Source: Eledone cirrhosa
Lineage: Eukaryota
Direction of reading: 5' to 3'
Assembly: GCA_964016885.1 (NCBI GenBank)
Contig: OZ024751.1
Coordinates: 36,146,001-36,210,000, forward strand
DNA length: 64,000 nt
Made by a program: the position numbers and the translations under genes. The notes under the pieces are model-generated. The model was not told the origin of the DNA and made no database searches. It was given only the letters and a program-made list of their open reading frames with translations. This document shows positions 43,271-56,570 of this stretch, in pieces (within the stretch, counting starts at the first letter, position 1; each line of letters starts with the position of its first letter).

Positions 43271-43984
43271 CTATATATATAAGTACACGAGTACGAATGT
43301 ATAGGTTTCAAGTGATTTTCTATATATGGTCCACCCATATATTCAATGTATTTACATTTACATCATTAGAGAAAATACTTATTATTTTTGAGTTGTCTTT
43401 GAAGTATATTACAATAACAATCTGAAGAAGAGAACCAAGCTGTAAGCAATATTCTTTTTAACAATTATATATTTTTTGGTATTTAAGTACAAAAATATAG
43501 TCTATTACTATTATTCATGTATACAATACGTGAAATAATACGTAATTATCCCAGACACATCTTATAAATGATACAGCTAAATGACAACTCCTTCTAAGTT
43601 ATTATACTTTTATTTTATGCATGGTAAATGGTAAAACTATTTTAATTTTTATTCCTCCTTGTTAGACTTTCAAGTGGAATCAACTTAATAGATTTCAAAA
43701 GACAATAATAATTAAAATAAAAAGCTAATAACAACGAAGCTACATTTCTTTAATTAAATATTATTTATTACGATGGAAATGTTTTTGTTTTAGTTTTGTC
43801 ATTGTTTGGAAAAATTATTCGTGTCTTAATGAACAGTATTCACATTATTCCAAACTACTTAATAACAAAAATATCAAACGAACAACAGATATCTCCTTAC
43901 AAAGATTCTTCAGTCAATCACATTTAATAAATACGCAATTGGATCCAGGCAATATTCAAATATAATAAAGCTTATGTCACTGTT

Positions 43985-44034
<50 letters not shown>

Positions 44035-44201
44035 AGAAAGAAAGAGAGAGTGCGTGAAAGATAATATATATATATATATAAAATATATACACAAATCTTT
44101 ATGTATGTATTTACACATACACCTTTATGTTTATATGTATATATACACCCATGTATATATACATACACATTTACGTATACATACAGACAACACACACACA
44201 G

Positions 44202-44262
<61 letters not shown>

Positions 44263-44559
44263 ACATTTATAAACATATACACATGTGTGTACATTTGCAT
44301 GTGTTGAGTTGTGTTATGGTGATGTCTGTATATGTATTTTACACATGTTCAACATTCTATAGTAATGTTATATATATTTTTTCTCTCTGCATCAATCAGT
44401 GACAATTAATGTTTTGTGTCATTATGTTGTCGTTCGAGCCTCAAGGAGAATCATTAACAAATGTAATAAACTATAGCATAACAATCCATTAGACACACTT
44501 TTAATTATATCACATAAAATATTACCCACTTAACCACACTTTCTCAACTATACCAGACG

Positions 44560-44634
<75 letters not shown>

Positions 44635-45814
44635 AACATAATATGTGTGCGTATACCCCTCTCTATATATAAATGTGTGTGCGTATACCCCTCTCTAGAT
44701 ATAAATAATGTGTGTGTGTATATCTATCTATATATAGATAATGTGTGTGTGTAAATCTATCGATATATATACATAATGTGCCTGTATATATATATATAAA
44801 ATAATGTGTATGTGTATATATCTCTATATATAAATAATGTGTGTATATATATATGCCTAATGTATATATTTATGTGTATATATATATATTTATATATAGG
44901 TATTAGTATATATGAAATGTCGATATGTGTATATGTTATTTATATACACACATATATATATAAATATATAAAGAAACATAAATGCATATGTATATTTACA
45001 AAGGCGCTGGCACATATGTTAAAAATATGTATTTAAAATATATATCAATATATATAATACTATATATAACTATATGCATACATATGTATGTATAAATATG
45101 TATTTATTTATTTATTTACTATATATAAATACATACCTGTATATATGTACTTTGTCTATAATATACACACTATACACAATATATATATGAAACGTATTCT
45201 TATAAATTGTTTAATTTTTTTTCCTTTCGAAAACACGTCACTTTAAGATGTTTATACCTTTTGAAATAAATAATAAAATAATAAAGCAAGCTAAAATGAA
45301 GGGCTTATTCAATTGTAATAGGAAACAGAAGAGTTCAATATGTCACATTGCAAATATTATTAAGAGAAACAAGAACGCAATTTCCTCCTCTTGAAACAGG
45401 CAATGTGTTTGCCCTATCAATATATATACAAGCAGACCTGTTAATAACAGGTTTCAAACTGAAATATATTCATGTGAATCAAACTGCAACATTGCAGTTC
45501 CTCATGAATTTTATATATACATATATACATATATCTATCTCTCCCTCTATATACACATACACATACACATACACACACATATATATATATACATGTAGTA
45601 TATGAATATATATATAAACATAGTTATATAAATATATATAGACAGTTATATATACATACAGTTATATATATATCCTAAAAACCGCCAGACAATAGAAATT
45701 ATGTAAACACTTGTTTAAATTTGTTTACTCTGAAAAACATAATACGTATTTGCAACTACAAGTGGGCTTCATGAAATTAGATATTATGTAAGAATAGATT
45801 CATGCAACATTACC

Positions 45815-45845
<31 letters not shown>

Positions 45846-46194
45846 GGGGGGGGGGAGACAGAGAGTGGGAGAGAGAAAGACAAAGTGAAAGTGAGAGAGT
45901 GTGTGTGTGAGAGAGAGAAGGGGAAGTTTAGGTACCTATTTATTAATAGTTAGATCTAGAGTAATTGTTTAGCTTAGAGTATATTACAATTGATAACATT
46001 AAGAAACATGCAAGAAGATAAAAAAATAAACAATGGGAGGTAATTTATAAATAATTTGCTGTGCAAGTAGTTAAAATGACTGCATTGTCTAACTTAGTGT
46101 AGATATTATTGTTATTGCAGCTTCTACATGGCTTTGGAATTTCAGTAAGTGTAGAATGTCATATGAAAGGCAATGTTTATACGTCCAATATTTT

Positions 46195-46440
46195 TACGTA
46201 CTGAGTTCAAATTCCGCCAAGTTAAACCTTGCGTTTCATCCTTCTGGGATCGATAAATTTAATTACTATAATTTACTGGGATTGAACGTTTCCCTCCTCA
46301 CAAATCGCTGACTATTCACCTAAATCAATAACAATTTCTTCGATAGATTGCCAGTATCACTTTTCGACAACAAGTTATGGCTTTCTTCGCTCTGATTTCA
46401 AACCCTACCGATATCAACTTTCCATTTCATCCTGCAGTTA
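46195..46440 (+). mobile_element. Two old S1-related SINE remnants
   Basis: GAGTTCAAATTCCGCC...TTTCATCCTTCTGGGATCGATAAA and GATTTCAAACCCTACC...TTTCATCC. Confidence 0.55.
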
Positions 46441-48719
46441 TTAAACAAGAATATATCTGCATTACTAAGGGTTAGATTCACTGTAGAATCTCACAGCTAC
46501 AACTGTAGAATCTCACAGCGGATCAGCTAATTAATGAAAATTTACAATTTAGTGAACAAATTAATCATGTTGTTTGAATATGATTTCGAGTTCAGATATT
46601 TTGAGAGAAAAAAAAAAAAGGAATTAATACGATTTGTACATTGATTGATAAAGATAAAACAAAAATTAATCTAAACACTAATTGATATAATTGATAGCTC
46701 AGGAACTCTCTAGAGACTGTATGTATAAACACCTCATATTCTAGACCCTTTTATTTCAATCTTGAATAGGACCGACTATTAAAATTTACAATTAGTTTAA
46801 TAGCTTTATTACTTTTGTGCATGTCGTTGTGTGTAAATATTTGAATGTGGTAATATTGACTATTCTAATGTTTGAAATATAAATTTACCAAACTACCGAG
46901 GTATGACAATTGCTTCTTAAACTCCCTCTGACGTCTATTTTCCTTCAGTTATTTGTGAACCCCTGCCATGTTAAATATCCTCTAATTCGATCTATAAAAA
47001 TAAGGTCTTGGTTAAATTAGTCATCCTCATCGACCCTATTAGCACAGCTGGAAATGTCTCCTTTTACCCTTCTGTTTCTATACTTTAAATATCTTCATGG
47101 GAAGTGTTCTAATAATCGTTCCATTTTGTTGCCACATCCTCAAGAGATGTAAATTAGCACCAGATTTGTATCTTGCTCTCATCCGTTTACAGTTGAAGAT
47201 CCTAAATGCAATCACGAATAATATTCTGATAGCTTCTTCTACCGAATATCTCCCCTGTGGAATTCTCTTCCAGCTTCTTGCTATCCTAACCATTACAGTT
47301 TACAAAATTCCAAACGCAACATCAAATGTCATCTCGTTTCTCATGGGAATATGTTCCCTCTGCCTTATTCTATTCCCTTGTAAGCAAGCCTTTATATTTC
47401 TGTGGCGTTATTACATTCCATAATGTAATACAATCTTAGATATATGTTCATGAAGTGTATTTGATATAAGGGTTGGTTATGAGGGAGTATCTATGATAGT
47501 GGCCAACATATACATTATATGATAATATAGCATGAGAAAGTAAAAGAAAAATTGAACAACAACAAAGATAAAATGCACAGCCATAAAATACCCACAAAAT
47601 ACATTTCTTTCACATAGCATAAATAATACCATTAAAGAATATATGATAATAAACCTTTCCGTATGAATAGAAATACACGGGTACACATTGAAAAACTACA
47701 TACCCGCACTGATATTTATTTAAGTTGTGGAGATGTATGCGTAGGAGGAGATTGTCCATTTGGATTGACATTTACCTTAGGTTTTCACTGAACATAATCA
47801 TCACATTTGGATTTTATTTATGTTAAGGGAAATAAAACCTTTAGGTAAAGGTTCAAAATTATAGACACTATACTGCAATCATTTAACAGAAATGTATAAA
47901 TAGAGTTATAGAAAAAGCTCAACCTGTGCTATGTTACATAATATAAAATATAAAATATTTGAAGAAGTGAAGCCTAGCGTGGAATATAGCTTACAGTAGA
48001 GTTTTATAATAATAGACATTTATTCAGAAAGATCCAAAGTTGTAAGTGAAAAATTTATAATATGGCTTCGCAAGTAGGACAATTAATTACACTTGAAACT
48101 GAGGATCTGTGAATATTCATAACTGTGCGTCTTGCAAGTAAAAATTCTATTGACTCGAAGACTTACATTAGAATTACTATTTACTCTCTTATTTACACAC
48201 TTCCCGGGGTCTTGGTAAGTTAATTAACAGCAGCCGCACGAACAACGCTTCGAAAGTCTTCAAGGCTAGTTGACTTTAATTCATCAATTTTGACGTTATG
48301 TTCTGCTAATGTAGGTTATTGTGCTAATAGCAGGTCATAATAATACAATTTCCTCCAACGATTTTCTACAGCGTAAATGATTATTCAGTCTCGCCATGGG
48401 TTGGACGCAAAGCTTAATTACATCTTGCTTGAGGGTTAGGGTTAAGTTCAAATAATTGTACAACTACTTATAGGTGATCGTTTAAATTTGAAGAAGAGGA
48501 ACTTACAGTAAATCATTAGATTTGAAATAGTTTTATCTATGTGTTATTTCTGTGAGGAATTTTCAATGTGATTATGTGTTAGCTTTTTGTATTTTTCGTT
48601 ATATGTCTTAAATATACATACATTCATATGTGTGTGTATATATACATATATATAGATAGATATGTATATTATATAAATATGCATGTAAATATACATAGAT
48701 ACATATAAATACATATATT

Positions 48720-48774
<55 letters not shown>

Positions 48775-48790
48775 GTATAATATATAAATA

Positions 48791-48855
<65 letters not shown>

Positions 48856-48943
48856 GTATAATATATATATATATATATACATATGTATAATATATAAATA
48901 TGCATATATATATATATATATACATATGTATAATATATAAATA

Positions 48944-49008
<65 letters not shown>

Positions 49009-49024
49009 GTATAATATATAAATA

Positions 49025-49070
<46 letters not shown>

Positions 49071-49270
49071 TGTGTGTATCTGTCTGTCTGTCTGTGTCTT
49101 AGTCATGTCATACGCTGAATTATATAAATAAGGATTGTATACCTTGTGGGACATTAAGGTGTAGAATCCAGTTATACTAAAAATCTCATGAAATCACTGT
49201 CCTAAACTCCATCCTCCCGCATTCTACCACTTTCACTCTCTTAAAATTATCCCTCTTTAACATATTATAT

Positions 49271-49317
<47 letters not shown>

Positions 49318-50209
49318 GAAAGAATGAATCTCCGTCGATATCGACGGTGAGTGTTCTATCGAAGCTGATGTATACGTCTCTCTGTCTGGCTGGCAGGATG
49401 TTTGGAAAGCCTTATCCTTATATGATGTTTAGTTATGTTTCGTAAAAGGAGCAACTGCATACTTATTGATCGGTTAATAGGGTAATAGAATGTGTTGTCA
49501 CATTCTGACAGTCTCAATTACAGCATAAGAAACTTTTTGTCTAAGGCACAATGCGTTTTATCGTCAGAATTTGCTGACGGGAAAAGAATGCTACCTGTCA
49601 GGCACACTAATTAAATACATCACTACTAGCAGTCTACGAGGCGTCTGATTTCGACAGTAAACGGTATATGTTCCTTGGTAATCTTCGAAATATCTGTTTT
49701 TAAAAGGATATTTATTGAGGTTTCCTCTGAGTTTAGAAAATGAACATTGATTATCGGCGATGTTCTGTCGGGGACCGATACAACCACCATTCCATGCAGT
49801 AGTCCCCGTAAAAGCATTTATTATAATGTTTGACTAACGAGGTTATGCGTATGAAAGAAATGTGTTGATGTACGTTGATGCATACACACGAGAATATATA
49901 CATGTTATAACTGTTCGTCGCACATTTGCCTCCCCTCCGGCATAATGTGGCAGGAAACAGAAAAATATAATGTCATAGAATTGAGTAAATTATTAGAAAT
50001 ATTAAGACAAACATTTCTATCACAACGTCAAGGAATGTATCTAAGAAAGTACAATCATTTCATCCAGGTGAACCTAGTATATAATTATTTATAGTTAAAT
50101 TACTAACCACCAATAAAGAGAGATTAAATTCAAAACAACTAGATTACGAAGATTTTGTTGAAACGTTTGTTATGTCGTTATAAAGCTCTGTTTAGGCAGC
50201 ATTTTACGA

Positions 50210-50232
<23 letters not shown>

Positions 50233-50254
<22 letters not shown>

Positions 50255-50697
50255 ACGAAGGAAATGTGGTAAGGAACCAGATGGACCATAACGCACCAAA
50301 GTACTCAATACTTAGGGTAGTAGAGTGGGTAATAGGAAAAAGTATGACCCCGACGGCAGAGCTCAAGCCGTTTCGACGGCTAATTCTGGACTAAATAAGA
50401 ATGTTTAGCCTGGTAAATAAATTTTAATTTCAACGCTTGACTGGGTTTCCTCCACTCCCTCTCCCCCGTTCTTCTACCGGCAAGTTCAGCTACCCCTACC
50501 CTCCACAAAATGCCATGATAGAATCATATGTCTTAACAAGAAACTTTTGACCAATCCTTGTGACAGTCACTATTTTAGCATTATGGAATTACCCCTGAGA
50601 AGTTCGGCTATTTATTTACCAGGTTAAAGATTCTTATTTAGTTCAGAATTAGCCGTCAAAACGGCTTGAGCTCTGCCATCGGGGTCATACTTGTTCC

Positions 50698-50700
<3 letters not shown>
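50233..50700. mobile_element. H3 fold-back element in (TA)n
   Basis: Imperfect inverted arms 50332-50421 / 50610-50700 around a ~190-bp spacer. Confidence 0.85.
50591..50685 (+). ncRNA. Degenerate type I hammerhead (H3)
   Basis: CCC-CTGAGAA-..CGGCTA...TAGCCG-TC-AAAA-CGGC-TTGAGCTCT-GCCA-TC-GGG. The inverted arm keeps the intact GAAA-CGGC...GCCG-TC. Confidence 0.65.
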
Positions 50701-50728
<28 letters not shown>

Positions 50729-50890
50729 AATTAGTATATCTACCAACATATTTATACAGAAGTATACTTATGCTAGCAAGATATAGGTTTTGTCTTAGTA
50801 ACTTTGTGGTTCAATACAAAAATGTAGAACAAATATATGATAGACGTAAAATAAGAACATTATAATAATTAACTTACTTACTTAAGTTTC

Positions 50891-50953
50891 ACTCCAACTA
50901 ATTAGTTTCTGAAAGGGGATATACATGGAGAATTCCTTTCTTCATCAGGGAGT
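50891..50953 (-). ncRNA. Type I hammerhead motif (H7A)
   Basis: ACTCC-CTGATGA-A-GAAAGG...CCTTTC-A-GAAA-CTAATTAG-TT-GGAGT. Confidence 0.87.
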
Positions 50954-51304
50954 CAATTCTCTGCTAGGATCCCTGGCGATAGGCGGACACAGGGATCTCA
51001 AACAAAAATAATACAGTGAATGGAAAAGAAGCAAGTGTTAAAAAGACAGTAGCCAAAATATTATTATGAATCATAGCAGTAATTCAGGCAAATTTTTACT
51101 CAACAAATAATTTAACACCCACTCCTCACTGATTAACCTCGATGTCACGTGATTGATTCTTTTGAATTTACCACTGACTCGGAAGGTAGTGAAATGTTCA
51201 GTGTCTTGAAATTTAGTCCGCGCTTGCTTCTTTTCCATTCACTGTATTATTTTTGTTTGAGATCCCTGTGTCCGCCGATCGCCAGGGATCTTAGCAGAGA
51301 ATTG

Positions 51305-51382
51305 ACTTCCTGATGAAGAAAGGAATTCTCCATGGTTTAGAACACTATGTATATCCCCTTTCAGAAACTAATTAGTTGGAGT
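51305..51382 (+). ncRNA. Type I hammerhead motif (H7A)
   Basis: ACTTC-CTGATGA-A-GAAAGG...CCTTTC-A-GAAA-CTAATTAG-TT-GGAGT. Confidence 0.87.
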
Positions 51383-51417
51383 GAAACTTAAGTATTATAA
51401 TTTTCTTATTTTACGTC

Positions 51418-51447
<30 letters not shown>

Positions 51448-51453
<6 letters not shown>

Positions 51454-52197
51454 TAAGTAAGGAAAAAAATTTTTTTTAAATTTTTTTAAAAAAATATTTT
51501 CTTATTTTACGTCCTTTATATTATTGTTCTGCATTCTCCTGCATTGAACCACCTAGGTACTATGACATAACCTGTGTATTTGCTGGCATGGGCGTGCATC
51601 TGTGCGCTTATGTTAGTTGATATATTAAATTATCTATATTTATCTCCAAATCACTGATTTGTCGAGCAAACTTGTCAAAACCACTTCTAAAAAAAATTTT
51701 TTTTGGGGTGTTAGTAGGCGTCAGTCATCTTACCATCCCATTCCTTCTAACTAGCCTCTGTGTCACGTGATTGATTCTTTAGAATCGGCCATTTGACTTG
51801 AAGCAGTGAGAATTTCGGTACATAGAATCCAGTCCTCGCAAGCTGTTCGATCTACCGAATTATTATTATTTTTATATGAGCCGCCAGTGTCCGCGCATTG
51901 CCTGGAGACTTAACTGAGAATAGACTTCCTGATGACGCAATGAATTCTCGACAGTTGGATTACGTAACTGTCTTTATCCCATTGCAGAAACTAATTAGTT
52001 GGAGTGAAAATTTAAGTAAGGAAAAAAATTTTTTTTAAATTTTTTTAAAAAAATATTTTCTTATTTTACGTCCTTTATATTATTGTTCTGCATTCTCCTG
52101 CATTGAACCACCTAGGTACTATGACATAACCTGTGTATTTGCTGGCATGGGCGTGCATCTGTGCGCTTATGTTAGTTGATATATTAAATTATCTATA
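51448..52197 (+). mobile_element. H7 variant B: 559-nt non-coding unit in partial tandem
   Basis: ~190-bp direct repeat 51448-51638 / 52007-52197 (offset 559); one HHR; no ORF; (TA)n flanks. Confidence 0.88.
51924..52005 (+). ncRNA. Type I hammerhead motif (H7B)
   Basis: ACTTC-CTGATGA-C-GCAATG...CATTGC-A-GAAA-CTAATTAG-TT-GGAGT. Stem II covaries with H7A. Confidence 0.9.
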
Positions 52198-52402
52198 TAT
52201 ATATATATATATATATATTGGTAAACGGAAAAGAAAATGCTGAAAAATTGTTCACAGTGAAAAATAATTTAATTAGGAATAAGTGAAAATTAGTAATAGT
52301 ATTGGTTAGTATTCAGCTTTGGTTTTAAGTTTTACCGGTTGCGCATTTTTAATGCTTTTCAAAAATAATTTTGAGATAGAGCGTCCGTGATGTTTGCTCT
52401 AA

Positions 52403-52434
<32 letters not shown>

Positions 52435-52436
52435 CT

Positions 52437-52585
52437 AATAATAATAAATGTGAAGACTAAAATCCGACGAGGGCTCGATAAGAATAAATATATATCAAAT
52501 ATATAAGAACCCCAGAGCAAATAAAAGATCCCGTTAAGGGTGAAAGCAGCGATTCTTTGCTTAAACTTTAATCTGTTATTTTAAT
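52437..52585 (+). mobile_element. H8 second copy with degenerate HHR
   Basis: AGCAAA-TAAAAGA-T-CCC-GTTAA-GGG-T-GAAA-GCAGCGAT-TC-TTTGCT: stems I and II intact, CTGA box mutated. Confidence 0.6.
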
Positions 52586-52935
52586 ATATATATATATATA
52601 TAATATATCTATATGTATAAAATACTAAATTCAAGCCTAAATCTCACTTGGTGGGGTGGGGTTAGGGTTAGGGTTAGGGGGCATAAGTATAAATACCTCT
52701 CTGAGTGGATTATTCGTTTATTAATAAATCTTATCCCTTTATTGAGATGGCTACGTATTAGTGACAATTTCTTTATAAAGTTGTAAATTAAAGTGTATAT
52801 ATACATATATATATATTTTTATATGTGCGTATTTATATGCATACGTGGAACAGTATGCATGTATCTATGTATGTATACGTATGTATATGAGATAAACTGT
52901 ATTAGAGACAGTTTACTTTATAGAGTTATAGAGTA

Positions 52936-53042
<107 letters not shown>

Positions 53043-53608
53043 ATATGTATGATTGATCTACTTTATATCATGTCATATATCACATCTCAATCTATTGAAA
53101 TAATAATTCAGTCAACATTTATGTCAACGTCTCTTTAATTCGACCATGGATTTATGCTATGTACAGAAAAATGAGCAAACTAAATTCATCTTTATTACTT
53201 TCACTAATTACTGCTTACTTACGTACAAACCTTAGCTACTTCCATCTTCCATTCCTTTTCACTATGATAAGGTTAATTGAGGGCTTTGCACAACAACAGA
53301 TTGCTGCTTGCAAAATTCATTTATGTTATTTATACGAGACAGTTCGTACGATTCATTAATATATTTTATTTCCTTTTCACCTCTCTTGATATATATTCAA
53401 CGGACAGTCCATTCATAAGCGTTAGTTGACATACCGTGCCAGCAATATCATTATGAAGATGTATATATTTTTATCACCTACTGTGTTGGGCTTTTCTATT
53501 ATTTGCAATGCTATCAATTATCTCAGCGTGGCTTTGATGTAAATGCTAGTGTAAATATTTATTTAAGGATTGTAGAATCAAATTCACCCTCCCACTCTCT
53601 CAGTCTCC

Positions 53609-53653
<45 letters not shown>

Positions 53654-53994
53654 CCAAGAAAGAAAGAGGAATGGACATATATATATATATATATACTCTT
53701 TTACTCTTTATATATATATATATATGTCTATTCCTCTTTCTTTCTTGATAATTTACTGACACATGATTACAATTTCTCATGAGTATGCTGATTTCTCAAA
53801 CTATATTTGCTATCCCTCAGTATATGGCCAATAGACTAAATATTATTAACTATATATTGGATTAATGTTTCCTACATATTTACAGACGATTGATTTCAGG
53901 ATACTATCAAATATGAATCGTTTTAACTTTTAAATACAACTGCCGCTACACACACGCGTATTAGTGAAATTATTTCTCCTTGCAATAACTTTTT

Positions 53995-54270
53995 GGTAGC
54001 GAATTGGCAGAAACGTTAGAAGAATTTGTGTATTCGTTCCGTCTCTCTGCTCGTTCTGTGTTCAAATCCCGCCAAGATCAACAGTGTTTTCCATCATTTA
54101 AAGGTCAATAAAAAGTGCCATTTCAGTACAGCGTTTGATTCACATTCTGTGCCTTTATCTCACTTCCCCTTTTTACTTTCCGCCTGTGTCTATACTAAGT
54201 ATGAAATGTCCATGACGCCCAGTGTGTCATAACAACACTCCTACGACACCATCAGGAGTTACAGTTCTAT
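53995..54270 (+). mobile_element. Diverged S1-related SINE
   Basis: GGTAGCGAATTGGCAGAAACGTTAGA, GTTCAAATCCCGCC. Tail shared with 55575-55620. Confidence 0.6.
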
Positions 54271-55287
54271 ACTCACAGCGTATCAAGGTTTTTGGCATGA
54301 AAGTTCTATATATCTCTAAACGATTCTTTACAATTGCATAAGCTGCAACAGGGAAAACATTATTGAGTTAGAGTTATAAAATATATTGTTATATATCAAA
54401 TTGTACACACCTAACACAATCCTATTGTGTGAAGGGATTTGAACGCCAGCCTTTTAGCTGCTATACTAACAGCATATTGACTTATTATGTGGTAATACAT
54501 TTATTAACTGGAAATAGGATAGGGAAGTCTCAGAAATATTTGATTTGCATATGCCAATTCATATAAAGAATACTGAATAATATCGGATATTTGAATATAT
54601 GCCTTCCTTCACGTCAAAAATGCTTTATTAATTTTGCTGAATACTCCAACCAGGGACTGGAATAAACATCACATTACTATTATGTAACGTTTTTCTTTGT
54701 GAACAGAGCCAGTCGAATTAATAGATGCGTGCTTATGTTTGCTGTCTCAGAATTTTTCTGAATAAATATTCTATTGAATAATTTAAGGGGACAATTTAAT
54801 TGAGCTAATTTCAAATGATAATCGTTTTTCTTCGGAATATTCATTAAGCTATTTAAATGTCGCTATATACATTAGAATATTCAATTTTACATTCCGTGAT
54901 ACGGATATCCTCAGACGGAATTGTAATATTCTGTATTATATTAAAACAGCTTTAGTTTTAGAAGGAAGATATTTAATATGAATTTTAACATACACATCCA
55001 GTTAGAATTTTAAAAAATATATCATTAAATCAGTTAAAAATATATGAAGTTTGTACCTTTAAAAGCCATAACCAAATCATTTATGAAATGTTTGAGTGCA
55101 TAATGACATGAATTTCGGAGATTTTGGTGTCACATGTTAGAGTTCAGTTATGATGTATTTCAACTATAGTACCATTAAGAATCGGGCACATGATATACCA
55201 TCATCGCAAAAGGGCACATGATACACCACCAATAACAGAAACGTTCCTTTTGTCAAGTATCATGATGTCTCAATAGATGTTACAGAC

Positions 55288-55620
55288 GGCGGCGAATTGG
55301 CTGAGTCGTTAGAGCGCCGGATAGAATACTTTACGGCATTAGTTTCAGCTCTCTCATCTCTCGTATTTCAAATCTCGCCGACGGAAAAATTACCTTTCAT
55401 CTATTTGAGGGCAATAAAATAGTACCAGTCTAGTACTAGATTCTTCCTCTATGTCTCTTTCTCACTTCTATTCTCTCTCCCTCTCTCTATCCTTCTCTGG
55501 AAGAAATCATCTGTAATCAGACCTGGAGAAGAATAGGCTCCGCCAGGTTTAAATATGACCTACAAAACGCTGTAAGTCCATATCGTGCCCCCTACGACTC
55601 CTTCAGGAGTTACGGGTCCT
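55288..55620 (+). mobile_element. Diverged S1-related SINE with long tail
   Basis: GGCGGCGAATTGGCTGAGTCGTTAGAGCG, TTCAAATCTCGCCG, CCTTTCATC, GTACCAGT. Confidence 0.65.
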
Positions 55621-56100
55621 TGCATACATTCATATAAATATTACAGCAAGAACGGTGGGTGTAATACCTCGTAAACTGGGAAAATATAATTTCGAAAAAA
55701 CATTGCTTTATTGTCAAACTTAACTACACATCCATTTATTATATTCAAAAATATTCTGCAATAAAATGTTGAATTAAAATATAATAGATATGTTCCTAGA
55801 GCTGATTTTTTCTCAATTTATAATTAAAATTATATGTCATGGTATATTTAATGTAAAATCATTTCATAATTATTTTAATCACCTTCAATAAGAAAGTATA
55901 ATTTAAGAAGCGAAATTGTTGTAGTTACATGAAATATTAATTGAATATTGATTAAATTATAAAGAAAAGAATCTGAGAAGTAAATTCTATTATTTTAATG
56001 TAAAGAAAATGTTTTTCGTTATATTTTAATAAATGATATATGTACGTATTCCATCGTTGTATCGGTTCTAAATTATTCGTTCATGTTATCTGATTGTATA

Positions 56101-56139
<39 letters not shown>

Positions 56140-56274
56140 CATATACATATATATATACATATATATATATATTGTAATATTTAATTATATAATTGCCTAC
56201 AGTAGATATCTCTATGCATGTTGTTTAATAATAAATTCCAATATATTGAGCTGTACATTTTTTATAGTATGAAG

Positions 56275-56570
56275 ATCCGTGGCTTTGTGACTTTGTTGTT
56301 AAACTCACAATAGTGAGGTTATCAGTTCGATCTCAATCGGCACGTTATATCTTTCAACGAACAGTTTATTTCATGTCTCTTCAGTCTAGTACGCTAGCAA
56401 AATTGAAATGCATCTTTAATTGAAAAGGCCAGTCTAGTCACACACTGTGTCAGGCTGTATCTCCCAGAGAATTACGTCATGAACACACGTGTTTGTCGAT
56501 TGCATGTTAATAAGACGAACAAGCTAATCAGTTTTGTCGAAACAACTGGAACACTCATCGTTGGAAGCAA
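56275..56570 (+). mobile_element. Old S2-like SINE
   Basis: AGTTCGATCTC B-box-like motif; TACGTCATGAACAC shared with the reverse complement of ~43035-43050. Confidence 0.5.

Larger units (their letters stand above)
50725..51420. mobile_element. Fold-back HHR element, family H7 variant A
   Basis: Inverted arms ~50840-51037 / ~51220-51420, each with an HHR; (TA)n on both sides. Confidence 0.88.

Noticed and set aside
47040-47423. Coding-like island, possibly a LINE endonuclease remnant
   Set aside because: Only a vague GDFN-like stretch (FRIFNCK) with stops. Insufficient.
50300-50330. CCCTAAG..TTGA similarity to pistol ribozyme
   Set aside because: No upstream TTAGGG loop for the pistol pseudoknot. 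Explained instead by the bulged hairpin.
52652-52682. (TTAGGG)3 telomeric repeat, also at ~48432
   Set aside because: Too short to indicate a telomere or fusion. Such runs are common inside repeats.
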